This document shows positions 59,977 to 64,000 of a stretch of 64,000 nt of DNA, piece by piece. This DNA is from Rhodothermales bacterium (GTDB taxonomy: Bacteria > Bacteroidota > Rhodothermia > Rhodothermales > VXPQ01): the NCBI GenBank assembly GCA_040904565.1, contig JBBDTI010000064.1, positions 1-64,000 on the forward strand, read 5' to 3'. The notes under the pieces are model-generated. The model saw only the letters and a program-made list of their open reading frames with translations, made no database searches and was not told the origin of the DNA. Positions within the stretch are counted from its first letter, which is position 1; each line of letters opens with the position of its first letter. A program made the translations under genes and the position numbers.

Positions 59977-60996
59977 ATGCATACCACCGGCAAGTCGAAC
60001 GACGCCACAGACTACCGGTACGCTGTCGGCATCGACCTGGGCGGAACGCGCATCAAGGCAGCCCTCGTCGAACGCGACAAAGGATCCGTCTACGAAATCG
60101 CTCAGGAAACGGAAGCCGAGCACGGTCCTGACCACGTCCTGGATCGTATTGGCGAACTTGTGCGCAAGATCGACGCCGAAACCCCCGACCTGCCCCTAAG
60201 CGGCATCGGCATCGGTGCACCAGGCGCCATCAACTGGGAACGGACCTCGGTCATCTATCCTCCCAATCTGCCGGGATGGGAAGTGGTCGACATCAGGCAG
60301 GAGCTCTCCGCGCGCCTAAACGACGGCCGGCCGGTGTTCGTAGAGAACGACGCCAACCTGGCCGGCCTCGGTTCGGCCCACTACGGCATGGGACGACCGT
60401 TTCCCTCCTTTATCATGATCACGCTCGGCACCGGCGTGGGCGGCGCCATCATCTACAACAACAAGATCTTCCGCGGTACGACGGGAGCCGCCGGCGAGAT
60501 CGGACACGTAACCATCGATTTCGAAGGGAATGTCGACCGCTACGGCATCGCCGGAGCCATCGAGGCATACCTCGGTCAAAAATTCCTGTCGCATTACGGC
60601 CGCTACAAACTCCTGACCCGCCACGAAAGCAGGGTTCACGAACTGGCCGGCGACGACCTGAAGGATCTTACGCCCCTCGTCCTCTACCAGGCTGCGCTCG
60701 ACGGCGACGAACCGGCCCGCGAGGTGTTGAATTGGGCCGGACACAAGCTCGGCGTCGTCCTTGGATCGGCGATCAACCTGCTCGATATCCGGAAGGTCGT
60801 CGTTGGGGGCGGACTCTCCGCCGCCGGAGATTTCATTTTCGAGGCGGCTCGACGCAGCGTCCGCGAATATGCCATTCCGGACCACCGCGACGACATCGAA
60901 ATCGTCCGAGAAACCCTCGGAAACGAGGCGGGTATGCTCGGTGCAGCCCATCTCGTATTCCAGTCTCTGGACGAAATGGACCCGGCAACGCTCTAG
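59977..60996 (+). CDS. ROK family sugar kinase (glucokinase-like)
   Basis: GIDLGGT, GIGAPG, ENDAN, TLGTGVGG, AGEIGH, AGMLGAA; ATG 59977. Confidence 0.9.
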   Translation: MHTTGKSNDATDYRYAVGIDLGGTRIKAALVERDKGSVYEIAQETEAEHGPDHVLDRIGELVRKIDAETPDLPLSGIGIGAPGAINWERTSVIYPPNLPGWEVVDIRQELSARLNDGRPVFVENDANLAGLGSAHYGMGRPFPSFIMITLGTGVGGAIIYNNKIFRGTTGAAGEIGHVTIDFEGNVDRYGIAGAIEAYLGQKFLSHYGRYKLLTRHESRVHELAGDDLKDLTPLVLYQAALDGDEPAREVLNWAGHKLGVVLGSAINLLDIRKVVVGGGLSAAGDFIFEAARRSVREYAIPDHRDDIEIVRETLGNEAGMLGAAHLVFQSLDEMDPATL

Positions 60997-61064
60997 ACGG
61001 CACAGCTTTTGCCGTTTATACGTCGAATGCGTTATTCGTCCCATTGCCCCCCGTTAGCTACGCC

Positions 61065-63773
61065 GTGACCCGTGGCCGCCGAGCATTTCTTGCCTTCGTA
61101 CTTTTCCTGACGGGGGTCGTCTCACCCTCGGTGACACCGTCGCTGGCACAGGAAACGGATCAGCCCGGCGAGCTCCCCAACCCCGTGCGGGCGCCGACCG
61201 ATACGGTGCGCGTCCAACCCGCCGATACGCCTGAAGGTCAGCCGCCTGCCTCATCCTCCGCGGCCGAGCTGGATGAACCGGTCCACTTCTCCGCCACGGA
61301 CTCCCTCGTGATCCAGTTCGGCGACGAGGGGGACGTAGGGAGGCTCTACGGGGACGCACAGGTGTCGTACGGGGGAGCCGAACTGACCGCGTATCGGATC
61401 GACATCCTCTTCGACATCGACGAGCTCCGAGCCCGCGGCGTGGAAAGCGATACGGGCACGGTCGGGCGGCCGGCCTTCACGCGGGACGGCGATTCGTTTC
61501 AGGGTTCCGAGCTCGCCTTCAACCTGCGCTCCGAGCGGGGGCGCGTCGTTGGCGCACAGACGAGCATGCAGGACGGATTTATCCGCGCCGACGTCGTGAA
61601 GGTCGACCGGGACAGTACCATCTACGTCACCCAGGGCAGCTATACAACCTGCGAATGTATCGAAGATCCTTCCTATTCGCTCCGTTCGAGGCGGATGAAG
61701 ATCGTCGATCAGGAATGGATCTACACCGGACCCATCCAGCTCTTCATCTTCAACGTACCGACGCCGCTCTGGCTTCCTTTCGGCTTCCTACCGGCCCAGG
61801 AAGGTAGAAGGAGCGGCCCGCTTCCACCCCAGTACGGAGAGGACGACCGGGGCTTCTATCTACGCGAATGGGGCTGGTATCAGGCCATCAACGACTATAT
61901 GGACGCGCAGATACAGTTCGGTTTGTGGACGCGAGGGAGCTGGCAGATCAACCCGCAGTTCCGCTACGCCAGGAGATATGCTTATTCGGGACAGGTCAGT
62001 CTCGACTACGTCCAGAACCGGAGCGGGGAACGAGGGGACCCCGACTTCTCCGAATTCGGAAGCGGCCGGCTGCGTTGGAGCCACAATCAGGATCTCACGC
62101 CGACGTCACGATTGAACGCCAACGTCGACCTGTCCTCGTCCAGCTACCTGCGCACGTCCTCCGAGCAGTACGACGATCGCGTGCGCCAGACCATTCAATC
62201 CAGCGCCGGTTATTCCAAGAGCTGGCGCCAGTCCGGCCGCAACCTGTCCGTCAACCTCAGCCATCGCCAGAACCTCGCCTCTGGCACCGTTAGTGCCCGG
62301 CTGCCCAGTTTAAGCTTCCGTCAGAACACGCGTAAGCCCTTCGAACGTGAGAACCGGATCGGCGCCGAGCGATGGTACGAACGCATCTCGTACGGCTACA
62401 GCGCGTCGGTCGACAATAATTACTCGTTCTCCCCGTCCGACACGACCGACATCTCCTGGTACGAGGCGATGTTCTCCCCTTCGAAATATCGGCAGGCTAC
62501 GGGCGCCTCCGAGCCGTTCGAATTTCAAGCTTCGCACCGCCTCAACACCGGCGCCAGCTTTACGGTCAATCGCCTGCCGGTCATCGACCGCAACGTTCGC
62601 GTAAACCTGAGCCCGAGCGCCAACTATACGGAGGACTGGTTCATCCAGACGGAGCGGCGGGGCCTCGACGAAGATTCTTCGCTTGTCGTAGAGCGCGTGC
62701 CGGAATTCTTCGCCCTCCGCCAGTTTTCCACGGGTCTGTCGGCCAATTCGACGTTCTACGGCCAGTTTCCCGTGAGAATCGGCGCCTACGAGGGTCTCCG
62801 TCACACCGTACGACCCACGATGAGCTTCAATTACCGCCCCGATTTCTTTTCGGACAGATGGGGGTATACGGATACGTACGTCGATGCCGACGGACGCGAA
62901 CAGCGCTACGCGCTCGTCCGCGGCGTGCAGCGATCCCGGCAGCAGTCCCTCTCCTTCAACATGGATAACATCTTCGAGACAAAACGAGTCGAGGTGGACA
63001 CCACGGGGCAGCAGACCGATCGCACCGTGCAGCTTCTCAATCTCGGCCTCTCGAGCGGGTACAATTTCGCGGCCGACTCCCTAGGACTCGACGATCTGCG
63101 ATTGCGCGCCCGCACGCAGATCGCCAACAAGTTCAACCTCAATGCCTCCGCTTCCCTGTCGCCGTACGCGCTGAATGCCGATCGCACGCGGGAAATCGAC
63201 CGTCTGGCCGCAGCGGACGGACTGCTTCGATTTGCCCGTCTGACACAATTTCGCCTCAGCCTGAACACCTCGTTCCGAAGCGACCGGTCAGGGCCCGAGA
63301 GACCGTTCGGAGCCTCCGGTGGGATGACGGGGGGAACCGGCTTACCCGGCCAGGATCCGACGGCCTTCCAGAACGGCTTCGGGTCGTCTCGCTTCAACAC
63401 GCCGACCGGTTACGCCGACTTTGCGATCCCGTGGTCCCTCCGACTCGATTTCAGCTACAGCTATTCGAAACGCTTTTCGGAATCCACCACCGCGGCCACG
63501 CTCAATTCGACGTTCGATTTCAATCTGACGCCGGACTGGAAGGTGCAGGGTAGGTCGGGCTATGACTTCAGCGCGAGCGAGATCGTCTACACGAGCGTAT
63601 CGATCATGAAAGACTTCGACTGTTGGGAGATGGCCGTCAACTGGGTCCCGTTCGGCCCCTATCAGTCCTACAGTTTCGATATTCACGTGAAGAGCGGCCA
63701 GCTTCGCGATCTCCTGCGCCTCCGACAGCCGCGATCGGACGTCGGCGGTCGATTTGGGCGTCTACTCGACTAA
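61065..63773 (+). CDS. lptD: Putative LPS assembly protein LptD (Bacteroidota-type)
   Basis: Signal peptide, jellyroll-like N-terminus (LYGDAQV, YTTC), PLWLPFGF, large beta barrel, DFDCWEM; GTG 61065. Confidence 0.8.
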   Translation: MTRGRRAFLAFVLFLTGVVSPSVTPSLAQETDQPGELPNPVRAPTDTVRVQPADTPEGQPPASSSAAELDEPVHFSATDSLVIQFGDEGDVGRLYGDAQVSYGGAELTAYRIDILFDIDELRARGVESDTGTVGRPAFTRDGDSFQGSELAFNLRSERGRVVGAQTSMQDGFIRADVVKVDRDSTIYVTQGSYTTCECIEDPSYSLRSRRMKIVDQEWIYTGPIQLFIFNVPTPLWLPFGFLPAQEGRRSGPLPPQYGEDDRGFYLREWGWYQAINDYMDAQIQFGLWTRGSWQINPQFRYARRYAYSGQVSLDYVQNRSGERGDPDFSEFGSGRLRWSHNQDLTPTSRLNANVDLSSSSYLRTSSEQYDDRVRQTIQSSAGYSKSWRQSGRNLSVNLSHRQNLASGTVSARLPSLSFRQNTRKPFERENRIGAERWYERISYGYSASVDNNYSFSPSDTTDISWYEAMFSPSKYRQATGASEPFEFQASHRLNTGASFTVNRLPVIDRNVRVNLSPSANYTEDWFIQTERRGLDEDSSLVVERVPEFFALRQFSTGLSANSTFYGQFPVRIGAYEGLRHTVRPTMSFNYRPDFFSDRWGYTDTYVDADGREQRYALVRGVQRSRQQSLSFNMDNIFETKRVEVDTTGQQTDRTVQLLNLGLSSGYNFAADSLGLDDLRLRARTQIANKFNLNASASLSPYALNADRTREIDRLAAADGLLRFARLTQFRLSLNTSFRSDRSGPERPFGASGGMTGGTGLPGQDPTAFQNGFGSSRFNTPTGYADFAIPWSLRLDFSYSYSKRFSESTTAATLNSTFDFNLTPDWKVQGRSGYDFSASEIVYTSVSIMKDFDCWEMAVNWVPFGPYQSYSFDIHVKSGQLRDLLRLRQPRSDVGGRFGRLLD

Positions 63774-64000
63774 AAGGCCTCTCACGAAAGGACGCTCATC
63801 GTCAAGTCCGAGCTCGTCAAAATGTACGCCGACCGAATATAACGATTCGGCAACGCCCCCGAGACCGCCGCGCGCGAAGGAAACTGCCGGTCCGCTCCGC
63901 GATATAAGCCGGCAATACGATTACTATCGCCGTTCTGTGCTGTTCGGTGTTTTCCACCCGGGCGGAGAAGCAGTACGCTGCATCGTTCACACCTTAACGG

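Noticed and set aside
60276-61064. 263-aa N-terminal extension of LptD in the 1165-aa ORF, suggesting a fusion
   Set aside because: It overlaps the ROK gene in another frame and is Arg/Pro-rich junk; the signal peptide begins near GTG 61065.

Overview
GC-rich bacterial core-genome window, almost entirely housekeeping. I see no prophage, IS element, integrase, CRISPR array or obvious compositional island. It carries Bacteroidota/FCB-type families (DUF4270, DUF2851, DUF4175, GT5-only glycogen synthase domain, acylornithine carbamoyltransferase ArgF', long LptD, GGGP synthase) together with E. coli-like TTGACA/-10 promoters, which suggests Rhodothermota (inference). Main blocks in order: GGGP synthase, alaS, mpg, thioesterase; sulP; tRNA-Gly(GCC); SAM-I riboswitch-metY-metX-asd-GNAT; folD, mscS; argG-C-D-F'-B-E-H; dxr-rseP-uppS-bamA-skp-skp-panB-surE-yjbQ; TPR protein, exported GATase-like protein, thioesterase, OMP, rfbD-like, serS; two oxidoreductases; pyrF-DUF2851-ABM-HDOD; glgC; DUF4175; GT5-DUF4270-OMP-TPR; eno-ftsB-ROK-lptD. 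The best novelty candidates are non-coding. (1) An apparent leaderless Arg-codon leader peptide with mutually exclusive terminator and antiterminator lies in front of the arg operon, i.e. a candidate arginine transcription attenuator. (2) A highly structured ~157-nt RNA that I cannot assign to a family lies upstream of the GT5-only gene. Family assignments come from motif recognition only, with no database searches, and several start codons are best guesses.
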